A stretch of DNA of 56,172 bases, counting the filler, from Catajapyx aquilonaris (taxonomy: Eukaryota), in the NCBI GenBank assembly GCA_000934665.2. It is 2 parts of 2 records of this genome, joined end to end, with 100 filler letters (N's around TTAATTAATTAA, not from the genome) between each part and the next. Parts side by side here need not be neighbours in the genome. Positions count along the whole stretch, not along the records: positions 28,598 to 56,172 come from KZ539278.1; 1 more part is not named here. One strand, 5' to 3'. Position numbers and translations under genes: made by a program. Shown piece by piece: positions 34,501 to 49,500 of the stretch; the first letter of the stretch is position 1, and each line of letters begins with the position of its first letter. The notes beneath the pieces were generated by a model that saw nothing but the letters and a program-made list of their open reading frames with translations, did not search any database and had not been told where the DNA came from.

Positions 34501-37500
34501 AAAGTGCCGACCATTTTTTTTGCCTGATTTGTGTCCTGCGCTGGCTTCAGGATTGATTTGCATCTAAATGCAACAAATTAATAATTATCGCGGATTTTAG
34601 CAAAGCTGGTTGTTGTGTGCAACGTGTTTTTAAAATAATCCAGGCACAAATTAGCGAGTGATTTACTAGTGTCCGGTGCTATAAATTTCTTGTGTTTAAA
34701 ATGGTGGAAGTAATCCGACTGCTGCTTTATAAATGCTATTACTGTCGCTAAGGGTTCAGAAAAAAATGAACCGCTCGTTTGTGTGGGGGCATGAAATACT
34801 TCAGTTTTAAGCCGACTGTACGGCCCCGCCTAATACGTTTCCAATAGCCGGACTTCTTCGGCCATTAATTCACGCACCGTGGGTGTGGGCCTCTACCCAA
34901 CTGTGATTGTTAATCGCGCATCCGGAATCCTACCCAATAACGAGTCTGGCCTCAACGGCGAGCGGCCAAATTAACGCCGGGGTAAATCAGTTATTCCGAG
35001 TGGTTGGGAGGCTGGTAATTTGTATTCGGAGGTTTTCCTCTGCAGGAGAATAAGGTTTCCTGGCCCTCATCTTGCTGGCTAAAAGACTAACCCCACATGT
35101 TACATAAAACTGGTTGAAGTCAGCACGTGCCATGTGTGTACATACTTATCACTATATAAAGGGTAGCTAATTTGATACCGATTGTCCCTTTCTGACCGGG
35201 GGCGTTATCTCGGTGGGGGAGAAAAAGGCAAATGCCTCATACATTACCAATGACGTGAAATCGTTCGGGCTTTTATCTGCGCCTTTTATCCTCTGTTTAC
35301 AAGTGAAACCAAACAAGGGAGCGATGGCTATCAGTCGCAAGGGGTCGAACCCCTCCAAAACCCCGAACCCAGGGTTTCGAAGAGGAAGAAAAATTCGCAT
35401 CATTAGCCAACACAGTATGTAGCCAGGCTTGTTTTTAAAGAAATCTATAGGCCTATTACTTTGTAAGAATATACGTTGTGTGCAATCACGCTATTAGTCA
35501 AGTTTGTTTAATCCGTCCTCGGTGCATTGGTAGTTGACAAGTCTTGTAAAATTGAACCGGCCGCTCCATTTGCGTTAGATTCGTTAAATTTTTAACTTCT
35601 GCCCCTGCGTGTTTTAAAAAAATCCGGTCCCGGATTCACCCTGCCCTGTAAAAGAAAATCCCGGAAGCGTCCGCCTAATGACCGGTTCCCAACAAGGTCT
35701 GTCCCCCCCTGCACTTGTAATTGGTAACCGAACCCAACCCTCCCAGCTTGATCCTCGTAAGCCTCAGCTTCAGTCATCTTGTCAAACGACCCGTTTTTCC
35801 TTTACCAGAATGCTTTTGGGGTCCCTTCAGCCGGGCACAGGTCACCAGAGTGAAAAGAGAGCGGTAAGCACAGTCGCAATACCGGAGGCCCATATTACGT
35901 CGAGCCAGAGGAGCGTGAAATTAGACATAGTGCGTCTCAGCTGGCAGCCATTACATGGGCCAGTAGCCTATATAACCTCCGGAGAGAAAAAGGGCAGGGG
36001 CCTACCCATCAATAATGCTCTGTGTGCGGCGAGTAAATTATCAATCTCCGGCAAAGTGGGATGTTCTGTATTTGGATTGACGCAAGATGTGCTCTGCAGA
36101 TAGCCGGCAATTCATTCGGAAAACGGACGTGTACTACAGTACGACCTCCATTTTCAAAAGGCGAAAGCTGTGTCAGCAATAGTATCGCTTGTTATTACTA
36201 TCCCGCTTATTTTACAGGGTTATGTTGGAGCAACTCCCGAAATAAATTAGCGGGTATGACAAGCAATATTGGCCAGCAGTTATTTCCGTTCCATTTACGA
36301 AGTGTTTATCTAAAAATTTTTGCGTGTGCGTCGCTACAGGCCGTGTGTGTTCCACTTTTCACGGGGATGAAATACGTAAACATGTCGGTTCTGTTTAGAT
36401 GGGTCAGATACATCTGCCAGGTGCAATTTGAGAGAGAGTATTCGATGACAATGGTTTTGTGCGCGTGGGAGGTAAACCATTTTCCCACAAGTTTTTTTTG
36501 CGCCGTTTAAAATGAGGTTTTGTGGCGAACCCGGCAATTTTTACATATTATTATTTTTTGCATGAAATGGGCAAACAGGAGAAATCCAGCCCTTTTGTAC
36601 GTGATAGTGAAGCCATTGTTGACTCGGGGCTTCAGCAGGCTTTAAAAATTTGCACTGCATGTTGAACTGAGAAAATCCTAACCTAATGGTGCGTGTTGAA
36701 GGTTGTCTGAATCGGAAGGAGAGTGTAAGGTCTCACAGCATGTGGAAAACCCAGCTCCGTTTCCTATGGCGGTGGAATACCCGCGGTCCTATCGACTGCA
36801 GCAGGGTTAGATTGCACGGACACCAATGATAAACGCGGGCCGAAGCTTTTTCTAGCCCGGGCTCATTCTCTATAGAGGAGAGCTGATAACGTACATAAGT
36901 GGGGGGGGGGGGGGGATATGGCCATGTTTCCTGTCGTTTAGCCGCAGCCCTGGCTGCCAACAATGGCATTTAGGGTCTTGAATTCGGGGGGACTTACAAA
37001 ACACAGGCACGATTCTAGGGCTGGTAATGACCTCGGAGGAGAAAGAAAGGATATTGGGCGTACCTTCAGATTAGATTCGGGTCTAATTGACTTCAGTTTC
37101 TCATGATGAATGTAAAAGGCGAACATTTCTCAACCTATCATTTGTTCCAAACATGAGCTATTGAATTACAAGCAATCATGTTTACCACCATACCGTTTGC
37201 AAACCCGCCACACCCTCCCTTGCATCCCAATTCAACACCAGTCAATCTCTCCGGACCATTCACTGCCAGAGTGTCTGAGTCGGTCGGATAGAAGCGGAAA
37301 AAAAGTCAGTTTGCCCTGATGCGTCCATTGCAACCAATCCCAGCAGGTAGCGTGCAATAGCATTAGCAGCCTGTGGCAGATGCCTGCACCCGCACTATCT
37401 CCCCATCCACAAAAAAACCCCTGGACCCAACCCCCATCCCCCCCGCGTTTACAATAATTCGAACCAGTCAGCGTGGCCTTAACTATAAAAATATTCGACG

Positions 37501-40500
37501 CATTGCCGCGACCGCTGTTGAATGATAATTTTACCCCCCCNNNNNNNNNNNNNNNNNNNNNNNNNNNNNNNNNNNNNNNNNNNNNNNNNNNNNNCTCCAC
37601 CCCCACCCATCCCCCCCGGTTCTTTGCATACGCAATTTGTAGGGCGCATAGCGAAAGGCACATTTGTGTTTGGTGCCCAGATGTGCGGACTTTATCAACT
37701 TTACAGCGTCCGCGTCAGGGGCCGGGGAAACGGGCAACGTGCCGGCGTTTACAAGGGATTTTAGCCGAATTTTTACCGCCACCTTCCACAGCATCCCCCC
37801 TGGTCCAAAATCCTGCCTCATCTCTTCTTACATCTCATATTTTTAGAGGGGGGGGGAGGGGTGACGGCATATGTGGCAACCCTTGTTTCGCCAGACTGCT
37901 ACAGACATGTCGGAATTCTCAATGAGTCAGAACTGTCGATGCATAATAGCCAAGAAAATGTTTGTCACCAGTTGTCCACCGGGTGCTCCGTGTATCGTAT
38001 ATAGGATGCGCCTAATTTCATAACCGGGACCTCTCTTTTGTTCCTCATGCGCTTAGCCAAATGAGCCTTTTATGTCGATAATTGCAGGGGATTAGTATGC
38101 AAGCGAGTTGTGGCTTCCCCGAATATAAAAAAGGGGATGCCCAATGTGAGCATATTAATGATTGCACTCCTTTTTCTTCCGAGGTGCAATGTTTTGAGCG
38201 TTTACTGCATTTTTTCGAGAGCGTGAGCCGTGTATTAATTAGATGAAATCCCGGAATACTGTTTGCCGATGTGAATTTTGCATGCTGTTTTTCAGCTTTG
38301 CTCAAGGGAATCCAGGGGGTAGGATTTTTTTATCCGGGTACCGCGTGAATTCATTTGATTATCTGTCCGGTATTCAACTAGCATAATCCGTTTAGTCATT
38401 TGTATCGAGAAGTCTGCCAGCGTCACTTGTCTCGCCTCTACGTACACACACACAACGTGATTAGCCGCGGCTGTTGGAACCGTTTGCATTAAAATGCGGG
38501 GCTGTTTTAAAGTATTTAAGGCTTGCCGATTGAGCCAATAGGTGTAAATGGCCCGCCTTGAAACGGACCAATACTATCGACAGATTGCATGTAAAATCCG
38601 ATTGTTTGCACCAGTTTTTTTTCTGGAAATTTTTTTCGTATGTATCGAACCCGGTAGGTCGATTAAGGAACATAACGGACCGGCCCTGTCATTCTTAAAG
38701 ATGAAATTGGCTCCCAGTATTTTACTGTCTCCCAAAGTATTCAATAGCCACCCATTGACGCCCCAATTTGCAAAAATTGGCACTTTTCTTTCGAGGAAGT
38801 GAGGGGGACACCATCTTGATTCTCCAGCTCTTTCGGATGGCAACAGCAGGTGCGCTTCTTTGGCGCCATTTTGACAGTGAGTAGCACGGAGGGAAAAGAA
38901 AAGAAGAAAGTAAGGACGAGCTAACTTTGGCCATTTTTTTCCTGGGGGGCCATCCTCCGGATCACAAAAAGCCATCCCGCACACTTGCCTAAGCCTCCCC
39001 TGCCCCGAGTTGTAAAATTCACTGTTCTTACCCCCTCCCAATAAATTCAATATTTGACCACCTGGAAAGGTTAAGTTTGGGAAGGAAAGAAAAAATGTAT
39101 ATAGGAGGTGCTGGGAGGAATGGGGTGGCGACGATGCTTTTTAGCCGAGGTGCCGTCGATTGCCAACGAGGTGGAGGATAGGGTGGAGGCGGAGAGGGTT
39201 TTTGGGCGAGAAAGGTGGTGGCAAGCACCCGCATACAAATGGCGCTTGTGGAAGCGGAGGATGAGCCGGAAGGTTTCATCATGGCTTGACTTCCGATTCA
39301 CCCCCCTCCCCTTCCCCTTAACCGTCGCTGAGGAAAAAAGAAACCGGGTCTTGGAAACATCCGCTGCTTATTATACCCAGGGTTTTGCCCTGTTTTCATC
39401 GTGATTGGGGGCTGCTTGATTTTATGGAGCTTACTTTATTTTGTAGGGTGATAATGACGTGTGAAAGGTGTACGGTGTGACAGAGTAAGTAGTGCTAGTT
39501 TTTCGGACATTATGCAGTGGATAAAACGTTAAATTTTGATGCAAACGTGACGGGCTTTCACTATGCATAGTCCATTTTTGTCTTTAGGTCGTTTTGGTTT
39601 GAATATTATGCCAATCACCAAAAAAGGCAAGAAAGTCTATATGTAACACTTCTGAACACAGCATCAAAGCACACAGTAGGTTAAAAACATTGACTCATAA
39701 TAAATAACCGGCTAATTGTAAATCATAACATCAAAGTTGCGAGAAAACAGCATGGTTTTGTCACCTCCGCAAATATCACAGCGAGAATTTGGCACAAAGT
39801 GAATGTTGATGGCAGGACGCGTCAATCTCCCAGCAATAAATGATATACTATCCCTGTTGGCAGCTGAAAACCCCTTACTGCGGCCATCAAGCCACACAAG
39901 TGGCCCTATTTCCAAGAGTTCCTCCGAGGATTTTTTCCCCCCCTTCCTACTTTTCTTTTTTTTTAAGGAAAAAGAGACGCCTCGAAAGTGGGAGGTGGGG
40001 GTTGAAAAAAAAGAGGCGGGGGAGGTGAGCAACTCGTTCACACGACAAGGTTTTGTTTGACGCCTTAGAAAAGCCGCGGGAAATGACAGCGCCTCCTCTG
40101 GGTTGACACTCTTTTCTCTCGTCCCTAGGTAGGCCAGAGGAGGCGTCGGAGGAAAAACTGGCGCCAGGGCGTGACGAGGAACCCAAATCTCCTCCCGATG
40201 GTGCTCCCAGACTTCATTTCCTCCCTGGTAACACCTAGGCAAAAGAAGTATGAGCCCGAGAAAAGTGTTGGTTGGTGATCGCGGTAACTTAACGGGTGGG
40301 AGGGGGAGAAGATGTAAGTGATCGCGAGGCCATTTTCCCAAGAAGAAGGACGATCCTTGGGAAAACGAAGCCTCCGGATAGGTTTAAGATGCAAAGGCAT
40401 TAATGAAAATTCTGGTCCGGTGGTTTTCTTAGTGGGGAGGAACACCACATCTGCGGGTTTCCTAGGGGGTAGGTGCTCATTACAAGGCTGTAGACTCCGG

Positions 40501-43500
40501 GCCAAGAGTGCACGGTCCATGTCTTGACTTCTAATACCGAGGGAGGAAAAGAGTGATTTAAAGGGTTGCCTAAAAGTGTCACCGAACTTGTGAAATGGGG
40601 CAGGAATATTCAGATGGTTTACCATGCTATCTTCGCCTGGTGGCAGTTTCTCCAACAAAAGGTCAGCCAGTTTGACCGGGCCCACTTTACCATTAATTTC
40701 TCAACGTTCATTAAACGTGTATGTGGAGTACTTTGTGTTAGAGAAGCGATTCAGGCGGAGTCGATTACCTGAGTCTGCAGTGCCCACAGACAATGCGGAA
40801 ATTGGCACTAATTTGTTCCATTTCCTCCACAGCTGCACTGCTAGTCGTCTCATGTTCGATTACTCCGTGCCCGGTGAGTACAATCATAACATTATCAAAC
40901 TGAAGACAAAGGGAATCAGGAAATAACAGCCGCTTCATAATCGTATTGTTGCACCGTTTATGTAAGAGGAAAGGGCAAGTAATCTGATATTTTTTAACCT
41001 GCACTGAGTTAGAAAGCAGCCGACTTTTGCAGAGCGAGGTACTAATACTATATGCATGAACCCTCGGGGCCAGCTATCCTCTTTCATCTCTCGCACAGCA
41101 AGTTGCGTGTTCTACTAATAACGTCGGGTTTAAAATTAGAAAAGTACCCAGTAGGGAAGCGTCTTTCAAGCCACTGCATTGTAGATTACTGTCACCTGCT
41201 ACTTGCCCTCCCCCGGTTTCCGTTGGCGACCCGAAGGGAAATTGCAACGTTCCCTGTAATACACCAGAGCCAAGTCGTGACAAACAGAGAAAAATTAGAC
41301 TCTCGTGTGTCCGCTTCATGTTTTATCTATTCAATCCAGGTCACACCAACCGTTTAAACCGCAGTTAAGAGCTAACAGTTAACCAGGGAATCCCCGTCAA
41401 AAAAAATGGCGGTCGGCAACATGACTGTTCTGGATGGATTTTTGGGTATACGGACTACAAAAAAGCGAGAGAGAGAAATTTGTCAGGATAGAATCAGGTT
41501 TCAGCTTCGCAAATTCAATCAGAGCTTTTTTTTTGAAGGGTGGTGGGTAGAGCGGGTATTATTTCCACCCCAGTGTCTCGTGGGCTTCAGACGAGCTTAG
41601 CCCGGCGTGAAAAATGATGCGACCAACATTACGACCAACATTCTTCACTCGACTTGCTTTAAAACAGGCCCACACCAAATACCCGTCGATCTGAGAGAAA
41701 GCTGTGTCTTGATCCCTTCATGTGAGTCGGTAGCAGAGACGAAAATCACATACTTGGAAATTTTAAAGCCCCCGACTGGAGGCTTTAAGGGGATGAAGGG
41801 GCGGAGGAAGCTGAGGTTCCAACCCTAAGCCTTTGTCTCATCTGCCTGAAACTGCTTCTAACTTTCGCTAGTCCCGAGTCTTTTGCGTGATCTTTTCGAG
41901 GAAATGGATGTTCTCGAGCGTCTTTTCCTACCTCCCCCCCCTCCAACGGTACGAATCTCGAGACCTGCTTTTCAAGGATTTCGAACTAATCTGTCACACT
42001 GTCAACGTTTCTACGCTGCGACGGGGATTTTTTTGTAACTTTCAAACCGCAAGGATCTCTTGACGGATTTCGATAAAACTTGTATTTATTTTTTTAGGTA
42101 AGAACTGAAACTTGAGAAGATGGTTAGGGCAGAGGGGGGCTGAATTTTTCATTTCCTTCTCATTGGGAGGGCGTCTTACTCTAAATGGAAATGTAATGTA
42201 GCTGTTATATAGCTCCAAAAATAATTGCCTCGGAAAAGTTATACTTTCCATGTTTTACAAGAGTATTGATTATTCACTGCAGTGTCCAAGAAAGCTCGCA
42301 AATTTTCGTAATTATGTGGCTTCTCTCAGTGTCATGGCCCCTTTTTTAACCACCTGCCCAGCCCCAAATTAACATCCCCGCGGCATATTTCAAGTGCAAC
42401 AATGTGAATGTGTCCCATAACTCAGCCTGCTTCACAAAGGTCTTCTTTTGTGTCTAGGCTACTTTTGCACTTTGCGATTTTCTGTGCAACACCAGCAAGC
42501 TCTCTCTCTTTTTTTCCCTCCTTATTCAGCGCCTTTTCCTTGCAATTTCAGGTCGGTGCCTCTCAAGGCTCTTACAGTAGTCCAGAGGTCCTAAGAATAA
42601 ATAAAGTCCTAGAAAAAAAAAACTGAAAAAGGAGGCTCGTTAGCTGGGTATTTCATATAGACACCCGAAGTTTCAAAATCCTTTTCGCGTGTGTTCTTTT
42701 TGGAGACAACAACGTCATTCTCCCTGGCTCCTTATTAATTAAATTTTCCCTTTTCCTTCCCTTCTCCTTCCCCTTTTCTCTCTCTACACATTTCCCGTGT
42801 GTCCTCAAGCGCGACTCTCCATTTTGCCAGCGACTGCATTCTCCTAGCTTCAACCCTCGATGTGAATAAATTAAAACGGTTACCCCTTCAGAATCTCTGA
42901 GAATTATGTGCAGAATAGCTGCTTATAGGCTTCGAAGTAGTTGCTGAGGGAAAAGCCAAGGCAATGTGGGCTTGATTATATGGCGCAAAAAAAATTGTAC
43001 TTGTGCGTAGGCCTCTGACTTCAGCAAAGTGGGTGGTGGGTGAGTGGGGTGGTATAAGGGATAGAATTTGCAAGCGGATCGCCCGTCGTAAATTTCTTTC
43101 TCATACTTTCCTGCCCGGGATAATATTCCGGTTATGGATCCCCCCCCTTTACGATGACATTCAACTTTGGCAAACTCGAGCCATCCCAGTCCCCCCCAGT
43201 CCCCTACTTCGAAAGGTTCCAAAATGGCGGACGAGTGTTGTGTGTGGCGCCACTGCTCCTCGTAAACAGACCCATCCTGGCTATAGGGTTAGACTCCGAA
43301 CAACACCATCGGGGTAATTAGGCAATTAGTGACACCTGTACGGAGAGTTGATTACAAAAAATGTATGAAGCCGTCCACGCTATAAATATAAGCAATATAT
43401 TTGAGTAGGTCATTATCGAAACCAGGCTATAGCTTCTTCAGGTCGAACACTTTTTTGAAAAAGAAAACAGGAATTTCATATTTTGTGAGTCTTTTACTGC

Positions 43501-46500
43501 CCAGATCTAATCCTAATGGGAGGTGGACCAATATATTGTGAAAACGTTCTATATATTGTAAATAGGAATTGAGCGTTGAGCAACCAGGAATAAAGATGAC
43601 ACCATGAGACAGCCTGGTTTTGATAATGACATTTTTTGTCAACCGATTTTTTAATATACAAATGTTTGAGTCCAGTTCAAGCGTATGCAGGCGGTTGTAA
43701 TATAACCTAATGAGGCTTAGGAGTAATGCTGATTGTTCCCGAAACCCAGCGGATGGCGGTGGGTTTTGCTGCACAAATATAATTCCTGGGGCCTAACCTG
43801 GCTCTGATGTGCAGGTGAGAATGCGGTGCGATTATTCAACTTCACTCGTCGTGTTTGAGTAGTCTGCATCATTACCAGGCCGCAGTACACAAACAGGCCG
43901 GAATTTGTCTGTTTCATCGTCGACCTCGGTTAATTAAGGAGGTACGGAGAGGAGGGGGGATAATTAATTGCGGACCGAGGGGGGATAGGGAGAAAGATTT
44001 GAGCTTGAAAGTAAGCCATTTTCGAGGGGGGGGGGGAGGTAACGAGGTCGAAATCGGTTTTCGTCGAACTGGACCGAAATTGATGACGTGGGGACGTTAC
44101 ATTAAGGCTACAGTATGGGTGTGAAGTACTTACTTCGTGAATAGTGCATGGTCGCCCCCCTTTTAAACCTGTCCTTTAGCGTGGTTAGAAGGGGCTAAAA
44201 ATAATAACCTAGTTGTTGATTCATGTGAAAGTTGAGCTTAACTGTTTTCTCAGATGTTGGGAAATTTTGGACACAAATTCTGTTGCCTAACTTTGCATGC
44301 GATTTCAATCAATGAATCTGGCTGGGGATTCTAATCTAATCACTATAGTTTTTTGCCGTCATAATGAGCTGTAACTGTGTAGTTTCGAAACTTGGACCAC
44401 CCGGCTTGAGTCACGCTAATCTGATTCCGTTCCTATACAACAATGCAGTGTAATTTTGTCACATGGCTGTCAGAGGGTTGTTACTCCCTCCCCGACAGTG
44501 AATCCCGAGGGTTTCTCCCCCCCAACATTAAACAACTTTGCGTGCGGTCATGCACACACATACAAAAAATGTAAATACCTGCAAATGCACGTGACACGTA
44601 TCATATTTGCAAACTTTGAAAAGGGGGAGGGGGAGTGCACTCAATATTTCTATTCATACGATCACGTGCAGTATTTATATGATTGTTTTATATGCAAATG
44701 TGCAGTGGGTGGGCCGAGTGCGTCATGCTGACATGTGTACATTTCCTCTCCCATGCACACTGCACTTATTTCAGTGACTATATACGTACAATGCGCTGGC
44801 ACAAGCCCAACTATTAAATTATGCACTGATGTGTAACCTAGGCAGCAGGCTTCTAAATTGCATTATCGTCTTAGAATCACTGTGGGAAACCTGGGTGGTC
44901 CTTTGTAACACGTGTACAGAGTACCTGCTGCGTATACAGTGTTCACAGCTCATATTTGAATATGATTGCTAGCGATATACGCCTGCTTGGCGTAGTAATG
45001 AGCAACGTTGTACGCTCGACGTATCTGAACAAAAGCCGTATAGATATACATACACAAAGAACCGTCCGTAATTCTAGGCGGGGATGGAATCAACATCATT
45101 GCTCAGTACAGTATTTCATACAGTACATTTCAAAGAGCATGTAGTGGCCTGCTTTTTAAAGATGAAAGTAACGAGATACAAGCACGGTAATTAGCAGAGG
45201 CTGTACATTGTGGGGGAATAGGTGCACCGACAAAGAACCAGCGTTGACAGGTGCGAATTAAAGCATTTCGGCTTCAAAAATGTCACCAAGTTAAAAGCGG
45301 CAAGTGTCACTTTATATTACTTCGAGGTTTCAAGCTCCTAAAATGCAAAGAGCATCTCGGCGATGTCAAATAGACGACAAGATGTTTCAGCTTCAACTCC
45401 CGAAGGATCGAAAAAGAGTCTGGGTTTCAAGTCAAGCAATACATAAAATTTCTTCCCTTACTGTCTCTCGGTTGTTAGCGTCAATTTCACCCTCCCTATG
45501 GCGCATTTCGTTGATGAAAACCCCCCGGAAAATAAATTGCCAGCCGGAATGACAACGCACAATTAAATGTGAAGATTTCTCCAGGAAAGAGCTTGAATGT
45601 TGATTGTTTTAGTCTAATCCCCAGAGTGATTTTGTAATGTAAGATTGCTTTTGACTTTTTTTTCTCTCTCTTTCCGAAAATCTGCTTACATAATGGACTG
45701 GCATGCGTCTTTCTCCTGCACCATTCTAGATTTTTTTCCCTGTGGATATGCCGGCGGGAAATGTCCTCTCACGACTTTGCCGCCATCCTTCCGGTCACAC
45801 CGAAAAGCTGGGAAAAGAACAAAGGGAGTCCAAAAGGGAGGCGGACAGCGCCATCTATTCAGTGGGCAAAACAAGGAGCCTTCCTGTCGACCCAAACAGC
45901 TGGCTATTATTCCTCCGAACGCTTCCGCCCGTCACAGCATCATTGAGGACCATCGTTTGGAGCCTTCAGGAAATTGCTGGAGTTACGACCCTTTCTCACT
46001 ATGGCTGGAAATAACCAACCAGGAGGGGAGGGAATAATATCGATCTCACACGACTTCAAAACTCTTCACGATTTCCTCACCATTGGATCCCAAATTTAAT
46101 TCGGGGGACCACAAACTTGTCCTTTACATCGTAAGAGTTTGGTCCACTTTTTTTTGACAGAATATATGTTGCGTCTAACTGGCAAAAAAATGCGGCAGTG
46201 ACACGCTCAGAAATTCCATGCTCAAAGGTAATGACTTAATTGGAATGCCGTGTAAGCTAATGACGCTTGGATAATCGAATTTTTGGCCGCACAACGATAG
46301 TGTTTCGAGTCGGCTAACAACTTTGATTCCGTTTGGCGAAAAACGCCGGACGCTTTGTCGTCGGCAGATTTACACCCGAGTGTGCAAGCTGAACCGTAAA
46401 AAACTGTTATCTACCCAACCCTTGTCACCAAACATTCCAGGCCTGTACATTCCATCCAAGCACCTTGACTGTAATACCGTAATTAAGGCGAGCTAGTCCG

Positions 46501-49500
46501 CCGGTTTCCTCAGTTTGTCGGTGTGAATCGAGTTATCCCGAAGCGCAGAGAGCTCCAAACGCACACATAATTATTAACGCTCCAGACCCTTCAATGGTGC
46601 TCCAAGAGTTCGATATCCGTGAGACCACCTGGAGGAATCCCCCTGATCTGTTTTCTCCCCTTTCTCTTCTCCTTTCCAACCGGCTTGCTAACATCCTCCT
46701 CTAGGGCTTGCAGGCGAAGCACCCTTGTCTTATGATTGTGCTTGCCTTTTGAACTTGGATGGGTATAGTGTACAGATCAGTGCACTAGAATGTACTCTCC
46801 AGGCCAAAATGTGGATACCAGGCGGATCATTTTGTAGTAGTAAAATAATCATATACAAATGACATGTAATCTTCAGGAGAAAGTCACATTTGCAAGTCAT
46901 TTCTTATAGTTAGGTTGGATGACAATTTTTTTTCTCTTCAGTTTTTTTTCAGGACAGTTTTGTAGGGATTGGAATGGCCTACCTGTGCGGAGTGGAAGGC
47001 GATTGAGAGGTAGCTCTCTGCAGGATCAACTGTCCGATTGAAGTGGTGTGTGGTCAGCTGAGGTTGGGCTCGTTGCCCTGATTGGGTGTTGGCTTTTTGT
47101 ACTCCGGGGCTTATTTTAGGGGAGGGCTAATTTCGAGCTTACCTCAAACACCGGGGGCCATCCGACTAATTGCTCTGGGGTGGTGGGTGGATTCCCCCTT
47201 ATTTGTGATAGGTGTAATAATGCCAGTCCTGACACACAAGCAGCCAAGCAGTTACTTTGATGGTCGGGGCAGTCTCTATATATAAAATGTTTGGGAGTTT
47301 ATCAGTTCTGTCTGATGGAAATGTTCACCTTGCGTAAATGGCAGTTTCTGCACAAGAGTGACGTTGCCTGCCGCGGACGAATCGATTCGCCGATTCGTAT
47401 ACACAGAGCTTCTCGAGGCACGCGAATCTTCCCAGTTTTAATTTTCTGCAGAATACTGTAACGACAGTCGGGTTATTAATAAGGGTAAGGTATGAGACGC
47501 TGAAATATTGGATGTTTTATAAGCGTTTATCCTCATTATAAGGAGATCAAGCTCTTATTCGCGAATATCAAATGAGGGAAAATTTGCATAAATGCTGAAG
47601 TGCCATTAACATTTTTATTTCCTGAGAAAGTTCCAGTTGTATTATAAACGCTGGAAAGGGGCAGATATGAGATGTAATTAACTCCATGTAATAATATTTT
47701 ATTCCAATTTGCGTTACAATTTTTTTTGTGCTGCTATCCAGGCTTGATGGATGCTGGCAGTAAATAACCGGTATGACCCCATCTAATACAGTATAACGCG
47801 TGAAAAATTGCCGATATTATCCAGGCGACGTTTTTAGTTCCGCGGAGTTGAAACTTCAAAAATATACATATCACAAAATGTGAGGGAGCAAAATGTGCCC
47901 GATTGCGGATGACGTACAGTAATGCTACCGGTTATCAAAAAAAAAAGCTGCATTGCGTTGTAACGAAGGGTGCAATAACCATTGGCAAAAAGAGCACCTC
48001 TTTTCGATTCGAGCGCTAGACTGACCCTAATTTTTGCCCGTCAAGGGGTGGCGAATAGAAAAAAAAACTCATAGCAAAGCGAGTCTCGTCAGAGCCAGTA
48101 CAATAATCCGATTTTATTCCCTTTGACTTTACCACCCACCAGGGAAGCTAATTTGTTTCAATTGGATTTGATCCTCCCATAATAGCGAAATTGCCCTAAT
48201 CTCCTAAAAGCAAGGGTTTTCAGGGAATTTAGCAGCATGGAAATTCTAGCCACTTCGCAGATCCTGCAAGTGATTCTAGGTTAATAGATTTCAGAACCTG
48301 GTTTGTGTGTAGGGTGTAATGCCACCCCCTACCATTTTTGCAAAAACGTAAATCCGGAATCAGTGATACTCAGCAATTAATTATGGGAAGCGTCCCAGCT
48401 TGTAAGCTTTTTACTCCTTTTTTGCGGATTGCAAATTCCATTAAGCATTCCGGAGATATCGATTTTAATATGTCACTATGCACTATAAGCTGCAATTTTG
48501 TCGTGATAAAAAACACTAGAACAGCTCTAATTGCAGGAAATGTGCACCGGAATTGAACAGGTGCTAGTACTTTGAATCTTTTTTCACCTGCATGAAAGTG
48601 TGGTTTACCCAGCACTACTGCAGCGAGACACGCAAAATGCTAAATTATACACCCCTCGAGGCACATACGCATTGTTTTAACCCGTTTTTTTCGCGATATT
48701 TTGCCCCCCTAGTTAATTAATCGAATCTGGCAGTTAAGCGAGTCAAATATGCGCCCGATGCCATGAAGAATTAAGGAGGCTTAGTCGCATGTTCCGGAAA
48801 AATGCTGTTTGGGGGGCAGGGTGTAATTATTTGATTTAAACAACGCCATGTCGCCACCAGTAATGGACAAATCTAGTTTGTAATTCCAGGTCTGCCTGGA
48901 GAATTTTTGCTGATAAACCACGTGCCAATATTTTCTGTTCTTCTTTATATTTAACTGCTATCTAGCGATTTGTGTAAAATAGTTAACGGTTCGAATGATA
49001 GCCCCACGATATAAATCGACAACAAAGATACAAAATATCATTTGTAAGTAGAAGTGTTGCGTCATGCAAGGATGAAAATTGATCCAATTGGAAGGGTACA
49101 TTTTTTGCACGAGGCGTTGGACCACCTTGTGTTTATTATTTAGAGCTGCGTATCCTGACACGATGTAACGAGTGCCTTGAAGCGTGAGCAAACATGCCGT
49201 GCTCCAAATGACAGAAAGCACTTGATTAATAAAACAACCTGCAAGGATTGGCGCCATGACACGTAGGGATAATATTATCACTCATGCAAACTTTTCATCG
49301 CCACAATTAGTGTTTTCCACGGCGCCAAGCGTGGCAGCAGTGTCACGATACACGGTTAATTTCAACCGGGGGTCACATAGTCCAACCGAGAAAATCGTTT
49401 CTGAAGTGCACTTGGTGGAGAACATCATGTAGGTCAAATTAATTTAGCCCCCAAAAGTGTTTACCTTGGACAAGTAATTTGCGAACTCTTACGCAACTGT

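Noticed and set aside
39712..40685. 209-aa and 186-aa minus-strand ORFs
   Set aside because: Low complexity, no recognisable domain and no convincing splice context.
44551..44704. miRNA-like hairpin or MITE
   Set aside because: The inverted repeat is too degenerate, has no TSD and matches no mature miRNA I recall.
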